From Antedon mediterranea (taxonomy: Eukaryota; Animalia; Echinodermata), in assembly GCF_964355755.1 (NCBI RefSeq), contig NC_092672.1, forward strand, positions 10,974,001 through 11,038,000: DNA of 64,000 nt, written 5' to 3'. Below, piece by piece: positions 30,901-43,500 of the stretch. The position numbers were made by a program, and so were the translations under genes. How positions within the stretch are numbered: position 1 is the first letter of the stretch; every line of letters starts with the position of its first letter. The notes under the pieces are model-generated. The model was not told the DNA's origin. It saw only the letters and a list, made by a program, of their open reading frames with translations, and searched no databases.

Positions 30901-32673
30901 CTGATCTACAGCAATATATATGGTCATGTATCTTTGTCAACTTATCTGTTACTCTATTTGCAATGTACGTTCTAGAGAAAAAATAAATGATGAATTAATG
31001 TAATAAACTATATAGTATTTAAAAAATGGAATTTATTTTTCCCACACATTTGCTTTGCTGTTGCATGATTTTTTTGTTACAAAAACAATTATAGTGAGTA
31101 CTGCAATTAAAAACAAGGCAATATACATGGCTATAGTCGAGTGCTCAAATTTGAGTTAGTGTTTATGCACTTGTCAATTGTATGACTCACTATACGACCC
31201 CCGGGAGAGGTGCGTCATGGGTGCGTCATTTACAAATAATTACTGACGCAGGGGTGCGTCAAAAAACCTAGATGGTACGTCACATCAATGAACAAGGTGT
31301 GTCAATGTCCGTCACTTTACCACCCACCATATCATAAACAACATGGTCACAGTGTGTCAAAATGGGTGCGTCATGGTCACCTAAAGGTAAGTCACCTTTT
31401 TGACGCACGGGTGCGTCATGGTATTCGAAAGTATGACGCACATCGGACAAATGACGCACCTCTCCCGGGGGTCGTATAGTGGGTCATACAATTGACAAGT
31501 GCATTACTGACCGACCAAACAACCAACATAGTGAGCTGTTTGCAAGTGACTTGAATATGATCTTTGATTGAATTAGAATAAGGACCCAATGGAAAATAAT
31601 TGTTCTTCTAATTCTTATTGAGTCGTTCTGAATCTTTTGTCTTTTTCTTGTACAATGTACAGTTTTAATAATGCATTTGAAATAAAAACAAACACTAAAA
31701 ACAAAGATGTATGTCAGGAAAAACAGATGGTAAAGTAAAAAAACACAACTACTGCGTGGTTACAATCATGATTATGAGATATGATTAACTGACAGTAATA
31801 TAATAATAATAATATTAATATCAAGAAATGCTTTAGGTCGAAAATATATTGTACAGTCGAGGAGCAGCATTTGTATTATTTCATACATTGTAAGGGCGCT
31901 GTTTGTTTCAAGTTAAAATTTGTTGGTGAATTTTGTAGGGATAAAAAAAAATATACTAATATATTAAGTAATATGTATACCCTGTTTGAATGAACTTGTG
32001 CTTTCTTTCATTTTAATGTCTTTTAAAAAATATCATGTTAATTGTAACTTTTTCATTTAAATATACTGATTTCAGTAACTGGCACAGTATGCACCAGGTG
32101 CGGATTTAGGTGGTATCTTGTCTTTTTTTAACACACTCCTAAACTGCCCTTTACAACACGCTTAAATTTGGTGAACTTCTACACACCAAAATACAAACAG
32201 CACACCTACAGCACCCCTGAATGTTTTGAGGAGTGCAATTTGTAGCACACCTATACTTTATTAAATAAGTTAGTTTTAAATATTCCAAAATAATTCATAA
32301 GAATCATACCCAGTTGTGGTTCTTGAGTCAGCCCCAATCACTACACCACCGTCATATTGTACTGCCATGATAGACGTCTGGAAAAAAAAAGTGAATTTAC
32401 TAACTGCTAAAGGCATAGCTAGGGTAGGGCAGGTTATTCCTAAACAGGGATTAGGCCTAGGCTCTGCAAATCGGCACACAGCCCAGGCAGGAGACCGCAC
32501 AGCACCACCAATCAATATCTCGTTTAGTTAGGCCTAGCAATTATATAGTAAAAAAATATATATAACCAGGTATATATTGCTTAGTGTGGGGGATTAATAT
32601 ATACAATGACATTATTACTTACTCCTGTTGATTCTGCCACTCCATACCAATCGGGTTTAGACAAGAATTCCAT
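27963..32673 (-). CDS. PSMB6: Proteasome subunit beta 1 (PSMB6/PSMB9 group)
   Basis: Exons 32673-32623, 32377-32310, 30971-30840, 30054-29925, 28589-28445, 28090-27963. Propeptide ...STG|[60 protein letters not shown]. Confidence 0.97.
29085..29201. mobile_element. MITE family A copy 3 (opposite orientation)
   Basis: aagctctgtcaacactatcaaactagtt...ttgatagtgtaga. Confidence 0.8.
29284..29868. mobile_element. TIR element with TAA TSD (Harbinger/ISL2EU-like) carrying an internal Tc2/pogo-type end
   Basis: taa|ggcctaaaa...tttgtttgctgtca ... tgacagcaaacaaac...ttaggcc|taa. Internal taccgtatatttcggtgtataagtcgcac at ~29477 matches the element at 50104. Confidence 0.7.
31166..31503. mobile_element. 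MITE family D with ~55-bp TIRs and TTA TSD, nested in a DINE-like element
   Basis: tta|tgcacttgtcaattgtatgactcactatacgacccccgggagaggtgcgtcat...atgacgcacctctcccgggggtcgtatagtgggtcatacaattgacaagtgca|tta; decayed copy at 51806-52115. Confidence 0.9.
32116..32256. mobile_element. Partial inverted copy of the 37061-37270 element
   Basis: acacactcctaaactgccctttacaac...gagtgcaatttgtagcacacc is the reverse complement of 37090-37230. Confidence 0.7.
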
Positions 32674-33897
32674 AATTAAAGTATGTTTTTGATGCAGAAT
32701 CACCGGTGACTTGCAGAGTTAGTTGATAGAAAAAATGTGTGCGCGATTAAAAATACGGCCTTAAATTAGTATTTGCGGTTCAACGCGGTACAACTAAAGG
32801 TTAGTGTTCTAGATATTAGCGCGCCATACCATAATAACACACAAAATATATTAAAAGATGTTTATATAATTATAATAATTTGTATTAGGCTATTTCTATA
32901 CTACTCAACTGCAAACACATAAACCAAATTTTTTTATTGGAATGTAATACTATATAGAAAATAAATTTATATTGCGATTGGTTTGGTCGTTTTTATTACT
33001 AAATAGATTCATTGCAAATGTGTTGCCTTGGCTTATACAGTCAAAAAACCGATCTCATAAAAATTGTTGAAATTGGCCCAACCAACCAGTCTTGTTCTTT
33101 TTCTATTAAAATGTTGTAAATCATGTCTTCATAACCCCTCTTATAATACGTACCTGCCCATCAAAAGGAGCAAACATTTAAGGAATACATAGTTTTTTAC
33201 CACCAGCATACCAATTCACAAACCATAAATGCAATGGTGCACATCCATTGTTAAAACTGAGTGGATACCAGGCAATCGTGATGAGAAGCTATAAAAAACA
33301 TGAGGGAGTATCCTCTTGAAAATTATGGGGAAGGATTCCATACCTTGCCATGTGTCAAAATACCCCAGGATCTGAACCAGTGCAAAAAGCTGTTATTGAC
33401 ACACAGTATAGTAACCAACACAACTTTGTTAAAATGAAAGTAGAATTCAGATCAAAAAATTAACCAAGTATCATCAAATATTTATTGAAAAATCATTACT
33501 GAAGACTGAAATACAGAAATCCACTGAAAACAGCCAAAAGCACAAAAGAATAAATACTCAAGCACTCAAAACAAATTAAGTGTAATTAATTCAAACATTT
33601 TATATCAATTAATATTTACAAACAAGATTGAAAGAAAATGTGCTGTTATACAACATTGAATAAATTATACATATTTTAAATATAAATTTAATGGAAGACC
33701 TGCAGTAAAACATACCATTCAAAAATGGGAAAATTACTAAGACAAAACTATCCTTCCTATAAAATAAAAATCAATTAAAATAATGGTAAAACAAGTGAAA
33801 AAAACATTATTTTTAAATAACCGAATTAATACTTTTAAAGTAACTATTATGGGAAAAGCAGTGAAAAGAATTTCTACAAGTGCCAAATGTTCAGGAC

Positions 33898-33938
33898 TAT
33901 AGAACAGGGAGTTGTAAAATACAACTCCCTGTATAGAA
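33898..33938. mobile_element. P-like transposon footprint: 27-bp palindrome with 7-bp TSD
   Basis: tatagaa|cagggagttgta-aaa-tacaactccctg|tatagaa. Confidence 0.75.
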
Positions 33939-34216
33939 TATAATATTTTTTAAACATGACAATGGTCAAATTTTTGAGTGTGTGCTTGTTACAAGTACAG
34001 TATTTGGAGTATTTTATTTTAATGATATTTGGTTAAAAATAAAAAATGTTAAATATTTGAAGGTAATTTTTGGAGTTGAATCCTTACGAACAAAATGGAA
34101 GGCTACAGTCCTGGTGTTGTGGTAAGAAAAAAGGGACTGTGTTATTTACATTGAATATCATTATCTGGTGTTAAGTATCTGGTAACAATGTGAAAACTTG
34201 TGTGAATACACCAGTA

Positions 34217-34546
34217 ATTTAAATGTTTCACACCACAATTTTGCTTTTGAACTTTAACCCTATGCCAGGTCATTTAAATGTTTCACCCACAATTCTGCTT
34301 TTGAACTTTAACCCTATGCCAGGTCATTTAAATGTTTACACCCACAATTCTGCTTTTGAACTTTAACCCTATGCCAGGTCATTTAAATGTTTCACTCCCA
34401 ATTCTGCTTTTGAACTTTAACCCCATGCCAGGTTATCTAAATGTTTCATCCCAATTCTGCTTTTGAACTTTAATGCCATGCCAGGTCATTTAAATGTTTC
34501 AACCCACAATTCTGCTTTTGAACTTTAACCCCATGCCAGGTCATTC
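34217..34546. repeat. ~55-bp minisatellite, 6 copies, just 3' of the zinc-finger gene stop codon
   Basis: Unit atttaaatgtttcacacccacaattctgcttttgaactttaaccctatgccaggtc. Confidence 0.95.
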
Positions 34547-34592
34547 ATTACCAATACATATTTTAATAGTTCTTATTTTTAGTTATAAATGT

Positions 34593-37500
34593 TTATATAT
34601 CAGTAGCAATTGCTTCTTCACTTTGTACTATTCCTCCTTTTTCTTCGCTCAACATCTGACGATCGACAATAAGTTGACCCTCGGCCAATTCTCCATCAAT
34701 CACTATGTGACCTTCCTCATTTACTTGACCTTCAACCACCTGACCATCAATAACTATTTGACCCCTGCGCAATTCATCCTCTGTGACAATGTGTGCATTT
34801 GCAATGTCGCTATTGGAAACTATTTTACCATCGGAAACAATATGGTTGTTGCTTATGATCTGGCCAGTTTGGTCCTCAGCAACAACTTGTTTAATAAATG
34901 TTCCATCATTTAAGACATATTGGCCATCCTCGACAGAGACTAACTGTTGCTCAGTTGTTGCTGTGAGATCTCCTTCTGCAACCATTTGTACCATTTCACC
35001 AGATTCAGCAAGTCCTTCATTGGTCAACATGATAGTGCTACCATCGGTGGACGCCATTTGTGGGATGTAAGAAACATCACCACCTTGTGACATCACTTTC
35101 ATCATGACAATGCTACCATCTTCAGCCTGCTCAATAGATACTGGTACCATGGTCTCTGTACCATCTGCACCGGCCTGTTGCAAGATAACCTGGGCGCTTT
35201 CATTGGCCAATTGTTGCAGGACCATAGCGGCATTATCTTGCAGTGTAATCTGCGTGGGTGTACCATCCTGCCTCATCAGGTCCTCCTGTTCGTTAGCCGC
35301 TTGTAATAACAATTTAGTAGTCTCAGGTGATGCCTGTGTAAGGTTGCTGTCAAGAGCCACTTGGGCATGCACTGCCGCCTGCTGTAGTACGTCGGAGGCG
35401 GACGAGGGCGCTGGTATCTGCATACTTGCTTGGTCTTGCTCCGTGATATTGCTGTTTGGTTCTAACAGTGACGTGTCCACAGGTTGCATTATTTCCAGAA
35501 CCTGTTGTTGATTTCCCCCTGCTGTCTGGAAACTCTAAAAAATAATTAATCATCAAAGTTTTAGATATCAATCAACTGCATTTAATCATCATAATAAAGT
35601 CATTATTAAAGGTCTGACTAGTAGCATACATCAAACGGTTGTTGGAATACGCAGCAAGATTGACATAAACCTTTAAACCAGTGAACATATTCCAATAAAA
35701 CCATATTCTACCTGTGTTGCTTGCACATAGGTTTCTGTTGATGGGAGAGATGTGACAATCTGCTGCCCTCTATTTGTGACAATCTGTACAGGAATATCCT
35801 GATGTACTTGGTTCTGGATGTTCTCCAATGCGGCCATTGCTTCTGCTGATGATGATGTGCTTTCCAGAAGTGTCGGGTCAGGTTCTATCACCACAGTTAC
35901 ATTCTGACCTTGGATTTTAACTGGTTTTTCCATTGGCCATGGCACCTGGGAAACAAGAAGCATTGTTATTTCTCTAGTCCATCACAAGATAACATAACCG
36001 AATTGAATGCTTAATTATGTTTTTTAATTATGTTTTTTCCCTTGTCTACAACATTTTACCTTCTTGATGTAATTTTAATATATTTATACTGTAAAAAATG
36101 TAACATTTCAGCCTTTGTCTGCCTGTGTATTTTGTCTGTATACGAGTGATATCAGTGATTATTAAAGGTACACTAATATCATTAACATATTTCATAATCA
36201 TAATCTACTTTATTGAATTCTTTTAAATAAATTATAAAACAATAAAATCATGATTTTATGTTAATCTAATGAGCTTTTTTTTTAGATTAGCTAAAAAATG
36301 AATGGTGTGGTTCTTCGTGATATTTTAGGTCATCACTTTTATACACAAAATAATGTTTTTTAATAGATATATTTTCATCACTTCGCTGTTGCCTAGTTGG
36401 CTCTCTATAGGTTCTATTATCTCTTTTACAACTTAATACTTCTACAACAACTTTTTACTTGTTTTTAATTATTTATTTATATATGTTTTGTATGTTATGC
36501 GAGTGTCATGAATTTCCACAAGGAGCAAATAAATCTGAATCGAATATATTTACTTTTGAGAATTATTAATTCGTCCATGAATATTTTATTTTGTTTGCAT
36601 TAAAATAGCCTCAATGGCTTTAGTTTTTCTTACCTTTATTGTGACCGTTTCCTCCAAAGAAGGGGCTATTTCCATCACTTCTCCTCGACTGTGATGTTTC
36701 TTCTCGTGACCTTTTAAATAATCACTCCTTGTAAAGCAGTTGCTACAGTAACGACAACGATATAGTTTCGCACCTTTAAAGAAAACAAAAATTAACAGAA
36801 ATTGAAAGAAACATGTAATTACTTAAACCAGGGAGATCTCACTGCTTAAACCACTACCACCAAAGAGTGATGGTGTTATGATAAGGGAATCAGATTAGCA
36901 TGTGATAGGCAGGAGTCTATATTGCCTATATATAGCCTGTGTTATATTGATTGTATCTTTTATAGACAAGATGTTTTACTCTCATTGTATGAGGTCGATG
37001 GCCTCATACCATGCACATTTAAAAAACTTTGTACACTATTTGAAAAGGGTGTGCTGATCTCAGGCCTTGTCTTTTTAAAATTGTAGGTACGGTGTGCTAC
37101 AAATTGCACTCCTTAATACATTCAGGGGTGCTGTAGGTGTGCCGCATGCTGTATTTTGGTGTGTAGAAATTTACCAAATTTAAGTCTGTTGTAAATCACA
37201 CTCCTCAAGGGCAGTTTGAGAGTGTGTTAGGTGAGTGATCACACTCGCTCACCTCAAAAGAAAAGGCCTGGATCAGGCTACCATGGGTGTATAGAGGGCC
37301 TAATTCAATTTTCCTCAGTTTCCAGTTAAGCCTGAGGACAATAATATTACCTTTGCCTTAATTTCTATTTCATTCAAGAACAATTTATTTGAAACGGCCA
37401 AAACATATGATAGGAAATTCTCTGCGCTTGTAGTAGAGAGGTTAAAAAATAGGTTAAGTAAATAATTCAGAATTGAAACACATTATTCGATTACAAATAA

Positions 37501-40500
37501 TCAGTTTTTACCTGTATGAAATATCAAATGTCGTTTGAAGTCGATTACTGCAATGAATCGTTTGTTACAACCAGGTTTCGGACACATGTAAGGGGCATCG
37601 TTTCTGTGCCTACGCTCATGGTAAGATCGCGAACTTCTTCGACTAAATGTCTGTGGACAGAATCGACACTGGAGCTTGTCTCGTCCAGCTGAAAAATATT
37701 AATGTTGAAGAATTATTACTTTATTTTCTTTGTTACATATATTAGGTTAGCTGATTGGTTTAAAGTTTGAGGATTTTAAAAAGCTTTCCATCTCTGGAGT
37801 AGCTTATTACCATAAATATAAAAACAATATGTATATAATACAGAAGTATATTAAGCCATTTAGGTCATGTTTGCTTTATTATTTATTTGCATCTTTCTCT
37901 GGAATTTTGAATGTTACACATCATCTTCACCAAAATTATAAAATATTGTTTTAATAAAGATAAGATAATAAGATTGATAAAGAACACATATCCACAAAGT
38001 GCTTAAAGAGCTTTAAGCAAGGTGCTTTAATAACAAGAAACTACCATATAAATAAATAATAAAATCATATATAAATATAAATTATGGAGATCCACTGATG
38101 AAACATAAACTTAAAGTATGGTTTATATAGTCCCTATCTGAGAAGACTTGTTCTGGCACAACCAGAACCATGAGTGAGTCGGCCTCGAACTCATGCCGAT
38201 ATTGTTGGCTCTTTAGGTATGGTTAACGGCGCCGTAACCGCTCAACCATTTAACTTACTTCCTTTCTATTTTTAAAAACAAATTCAATTATGGTATTATG
38301 GATATTTTGTTGGTAATTAATGTAACTTTGTGGATATAAAGTTTGCTGTACACCACAGTTCTGGACGAATCGATCAACATAGTTTGATCGTCCTCAAAAC
38401 TTTATTACAATAATTAATGTATTTTAACAAGAAAAATTAATCAACAATCTAAGTACAATGAAATTTATAAAATAAATGAATTAAACACATCAATTAATTA
38501 ATAACTTACGAAAATTGATAACATACAAACAACCTGTTATGTGTCTGGTCTTGGGTGATCACAATAGAACGAGGACACAGAAATTGTAATAATAATGTAA
38601 ATATATCATAAATACTGAGAATATATAATGATTGTGGGTATTCACCTTTGAATAGGATCAGTCAGTAAGCCACGCTTTTAGCAACACACATCTAAACAAT
38701 CCTGAATTACTTATACACAGCTTGGTGACTCAATGTGATGAGTTGAGAAGCTGATGGATAGCATTAGTACATGATGGCATAGTATTATCATTATCAACTG
38801 TGTCTTTCATTTCAATTGGTCAGAAAGATACTCAGTAAAGTGAAACCAAAATGACGAACTTTTGATTAGTTTTTATTAGGCTTTCTATCATTTCTTTTTT
38901 TAGTCGCTTTACTTCAATTCTTTCTTCACATTTAATATTTATTCAACTTTTATAACTTTACAATTACAATATGTAATTGATGGCAGGGATCAATTTTGTT
39001 TTTGCAGGACCTTTTTTACATAAAACATACAAAAACACAACATAAATAAAATAAAAATGAGAAAGAAACGTCATATCCTATATACATTTTAGTGTTGTTC
39101 ATCAGCATAAAGCAATAAATATTTATTTATTTATGTTTATTTATACACTTATTTAACAAAGATAAAAACAGAAAGCAACCCATTCAAATGAGAATACTGT
39201 TTGAGGCAGGACTTGCAGTAATCTTAACATTGTGTGGCCCTCTTATTAGTTTAACTTGCCCACATTCAATTTTTTATGTTTTTCTATAGCAATTTCTAGA
39301 TTTTGAACTTTAATAAATGGAGTTATATTTCAAACAATTCATTTATTACAGTAGTAACAAATAATTTAATGGTACGGCTATGAGCGCTCACTGGCTAAAC
39401 CCAGGTGCACCAGATCTTACGGGGACCTCTGAGCAGTTTCCAGAGGAAAAAACAGGCATTAAAATATGACGAAAAAGGCTAAAACCACCTGAGGCCGCCA
39501 GCGTTAGAGTGTAATATTACTCAAATAGCAGTTTATCTATAGCCACAGCCATAATTTTAACAAACACATTCAAATTCAAAGTAAATCCTTAAATCTCTGG
39601 ACATGCTAATGGTCGAGATTATCAGGATTGGTTAAACAAATTTTGTTTTGGTTTAAATTAAAGCTTTGCATAATGATTTTTTTACATGCAGCATACAATA
39701 TGTGATTATGCAGATTCTGGGCAAAATAATGACATACAGTACTATTCATTTAGAGACTAGTAAGTTGTGACCCTATTCACCATTCACACTTTGGGTATGG
39801 AAAACATTTGCTCATAAAATTGATTACTGTACAATTTAAAGGAAATACTGTACTTAAAATATGTATGGAGTTGAAATACTTAATATTTAAGGAAAATATC
39901 TCACTTAAGTATAATTGGTGAATACAGCCACTGTACACTATGTGAATAATGATATTCCTGACACTTAAGATTAATTTAATGTGACCAATGAACTAAATGT
40001 AATTTTATGAAATATAAATGTCTTTGATTAGCATATTAGACAAACTAAATTTAAATTTATCTAACATTTAACAATTTTATCCTGGAAAACCAGTTTTTTT
40101 GGTGTGTATTTTTATGGTAATAAAGAATAAGAAAAGGAAAGATATAGATCTTAAATGATATAAATTATGATTATAAAATATATAATTATGGAAATGAGAT
40201 AACGGTCGGCAATATTCACGAATGAGAGAAAAAAGGAATTATTCATTGCTTTTAAATATTAATTATCAATTCATTTAAAGTACAATATCGTCAATTGTCA
40301 ACATTTATTATTTATTTCGGTTTCAATGTGGCGATAGTTTAATTTAACAGCGACTTTTACAGTAAGTAAAATAAATAGAGTTTCAATGGCCATCTGTATA
40401 CTATTACTAGTTGATAAATACTGTATTATAATTAGAAAACCTACACTCACATAGTTTACTTGTTAATTATTTTCGAGTTACACCAAATGAGGTATTATAG

Positions 40501-43500
40501 ACGGTGATTTAAAAAAGGACTATGGCTCTTTCTTAACAATGGCCGCTGATTCTGTTAAAAAATATTATAAAATAGATAGATCTTATTCAACGAAAACAAT
40601 ATCAGAAGATAGCTTTTGTTAAAGCATAGTATGATTTCTATTTTTGCATATGAGGATCGTAAGACTAGCCCAAATTGATAGCTCAACCTGTATACAGTAC
40701 AGTAGTAGTGTGTTACTGTGTAGGGGGGCTGGACTTCAAACTGGTGTGTTAATCACATTTTTAATAATAAAGTAGCTTTCTACCTAGCAGCCAAACTGTG
40801 AATACACAATTAAACACTAGTGTCTCTAACAACTTACAAATTCAAAGAGACAGTTAAACAGTCAGCATTAGTGTTGGCTTTTGACTTCTAAATTATTCAA
40901 TATTTGATTTGATCAGATTACAAAATTCACATTAATCAAAATTAAATTAATAAACAAAAAACTACATAAGCTTGATACTTGATAGGCAAAAGTAATTGTT
41001 ATTTAAGATTAATATTTTATTAATCAATTCATATTGATGTTTTATAATTCTTTTTTACTTAAAATAGATTTGTTTTGTATCTCCCTCATTTTGTGAATAT
41101 TGAATTGAATACACCATATTTATTGCACATAAACTACAAGTCACATATCATCATACGATAATTTTTTTTTTAAAGTAGAGCACTTAACATACGCATACGC
41201 ACTTTTTAATTTAGAGCATGTTTTATTGCATGTCATATTTTCAATCAGAGTTACTAAACAAAAATAAAAAAGTTTTAAATATTGCACGAATTAAAACTCT
41301 GAAAAAAGCAAGTTTATTTAGCTATTTCAGAGTTACAAATACACAAAACGGTAAAAATAAAAAGGTTTAAAATGTGGCACTAATTAAAACTCTGATAGCA
41401 TGGATATCCTAAATATAAATGCCCCCCTGTATATAAATAAAGCCTTACCAAATAAACGCCCAATGAATACGGTGTAAAATGTGTAAAAATTACATTGAAA
41501 CATTTCTAATCTATTTCATTAATGCATTTATTTTTGTAATCTAAACTGAATAAGATGGTAGGCTACTACAGTATTTGAAATTTGATCATATGATACATAT
41601 TAACAGACCTTGTCAAGTGTGCAACAAGATGTTTAAATCAATAATTTTGAATTTCAAGAGCAACAATATGTGAAATATAATCCTGTAGGTTATTAAATAA
41701 TGTCAATCATTTTGGCTTATAGAATAATCAATGTATAATGATGAAATATTATGATTTCAGAATCTTGAAATGATTTTAACAATACTTTGAATGACTTCCT
41801 CATTTTAAAAACATTGGCTTCATTTTGAGATTGCTTTGCCAACTTTCCCTTTGAGATGAAATTTTCCCTTGGGATACTTTTCAAGGTTATTAAAAATAAT
41901 TTTTAAGAGAAAATTATTATAAAAATTGTATTGATATCCTGGATGAATAATACAGAACCTGGGCTAAATTTAAAATGTATGAAAAACTTGGACTGTGCTT
42001 AACGCCATTCAATAACAAATGCTCACGTCGTGTGAACATCTTGGTGTGGATTACCTTACGACTTGCATAAGTCACGCCATTCTTACGCCATACATTTGAA
42101 CGTACCCTATATCTCTGCCTGAACATTTTAGTCAGAAATAATACTAAGAAAAGACATTATTTTAAGGTATACACTGCCACAAGTTGATAATATTAATAGT
42201 GGATGATAAAAATAAAACTTACTTTTTTCAAAAAAACAATTCAATTTAAATATAAAAATAAAGTTAAATACAAAAATATTCAAACACTATCATCATCTTT
42301 AAGAAGATAGAAACAAATCTGTGTGTAAAATATGTGTAATTTAAAATACTAACCTATGTACTGTATGCAACAACTTTAAAATGTAAGGAAATTTAGGTGT
42401 ACTATCCACAATTATAAATCTCTAACTGAAAGAACTATATATTTTTAAAATTATTTAATACAGACCTACATTCATATCAATAACAGCTGTCATCCAAAAG
42501 CATCAAAAGGTGTCTGGATTATTCTATAAACTAAAGACTGCAATAAAATATTGAAATAAAATCTAAAGGGACAAAAGCATCTACAATAGAAAAATATCTA
42601 AACTGAAGAATTGTAATAAAATATATTTTTCAACACACAGCTTTGAAATGTTCTTGTAAAAGCAAAGATATCTGTATTATCCACAAACAGAAAAATCTCT
42701 AAACTACTAAGAACAGTAATAAAATCCATTTGTTACCGTATAAAACAGCTTGAAAGGTATCTTTTATAATCCACAAAATGGAGAAATCTAAACTAAAGTT
42801 CACTGTAATAAAATGTACGTTTAATGACCTCTTTGCTCACCACAGCATTAACAGTGTACAATGCTATTGGTAGAAAACATCTTTTTCTAGTAATCTCAAC
42901 AAAATAAACTATGATAAATAATGCATGTTCGCAGATGAATGAAATCAATAACTAACATTAACATACCTTAGTTTGTCACAGTCACAGATATTAATATTTA
43001 AATTACAGAGAAATAAACCTCATTAGTACATCTATTGGATTGTATTATATCTTGTGGTCAAAGAAGGTACAAGGTTAAAATATATTACTATAAACAGTAA
43101 TGATATTTTCTGACAAATAGCTAGAGTATACAGCTGCAGCACTAAGAATGTTTTTAATGATTTAGATTTTCAAATTCAACTTTCAATTAAAAAATAGCAT
43201 ATCATATCTTAAAGCACACTGTAGTGTATAGAATATGGGCAGATTAATTTATTTTTTTTTAAGCATACTGAAGAGACCAATGAATATTAAAAATAAAGTA
43301 AACAAATTGACTTGAGGATGGAAAAAATTAAAACATTGAGATTCTCTGGGACATGTACTAAAATATTCGTAACAGAACTAACAACCTTTCTTAATATTCT
43401 ACTGAGTTAGTATGTTTTACTATAGGTGGTCTATCTCTACTTGCAACAAAAATGTTTTTTCTCTGAACTAAAAATACTACGGGGAACCAATTTGGTGGAA

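Noticed and set aside
33299-33318. Additional P-like footprint catgagggagtatcctcttg
   Set aside because: The arms have mismatches and the flanks do not form a 7-bp direct repeat.
34494-35511. Plus-strand ORFs of 95-139 aa overlapping the zinc-finger last exon
   Set aside because: Antisense shadows of a low-complexity coding exon or minisatellite, with no motifs.
38185-38250. Functional tRNA gene
   Set aside because: A and B boxes are present but there is no cloverleaf, and it continues into SINE body sequence.
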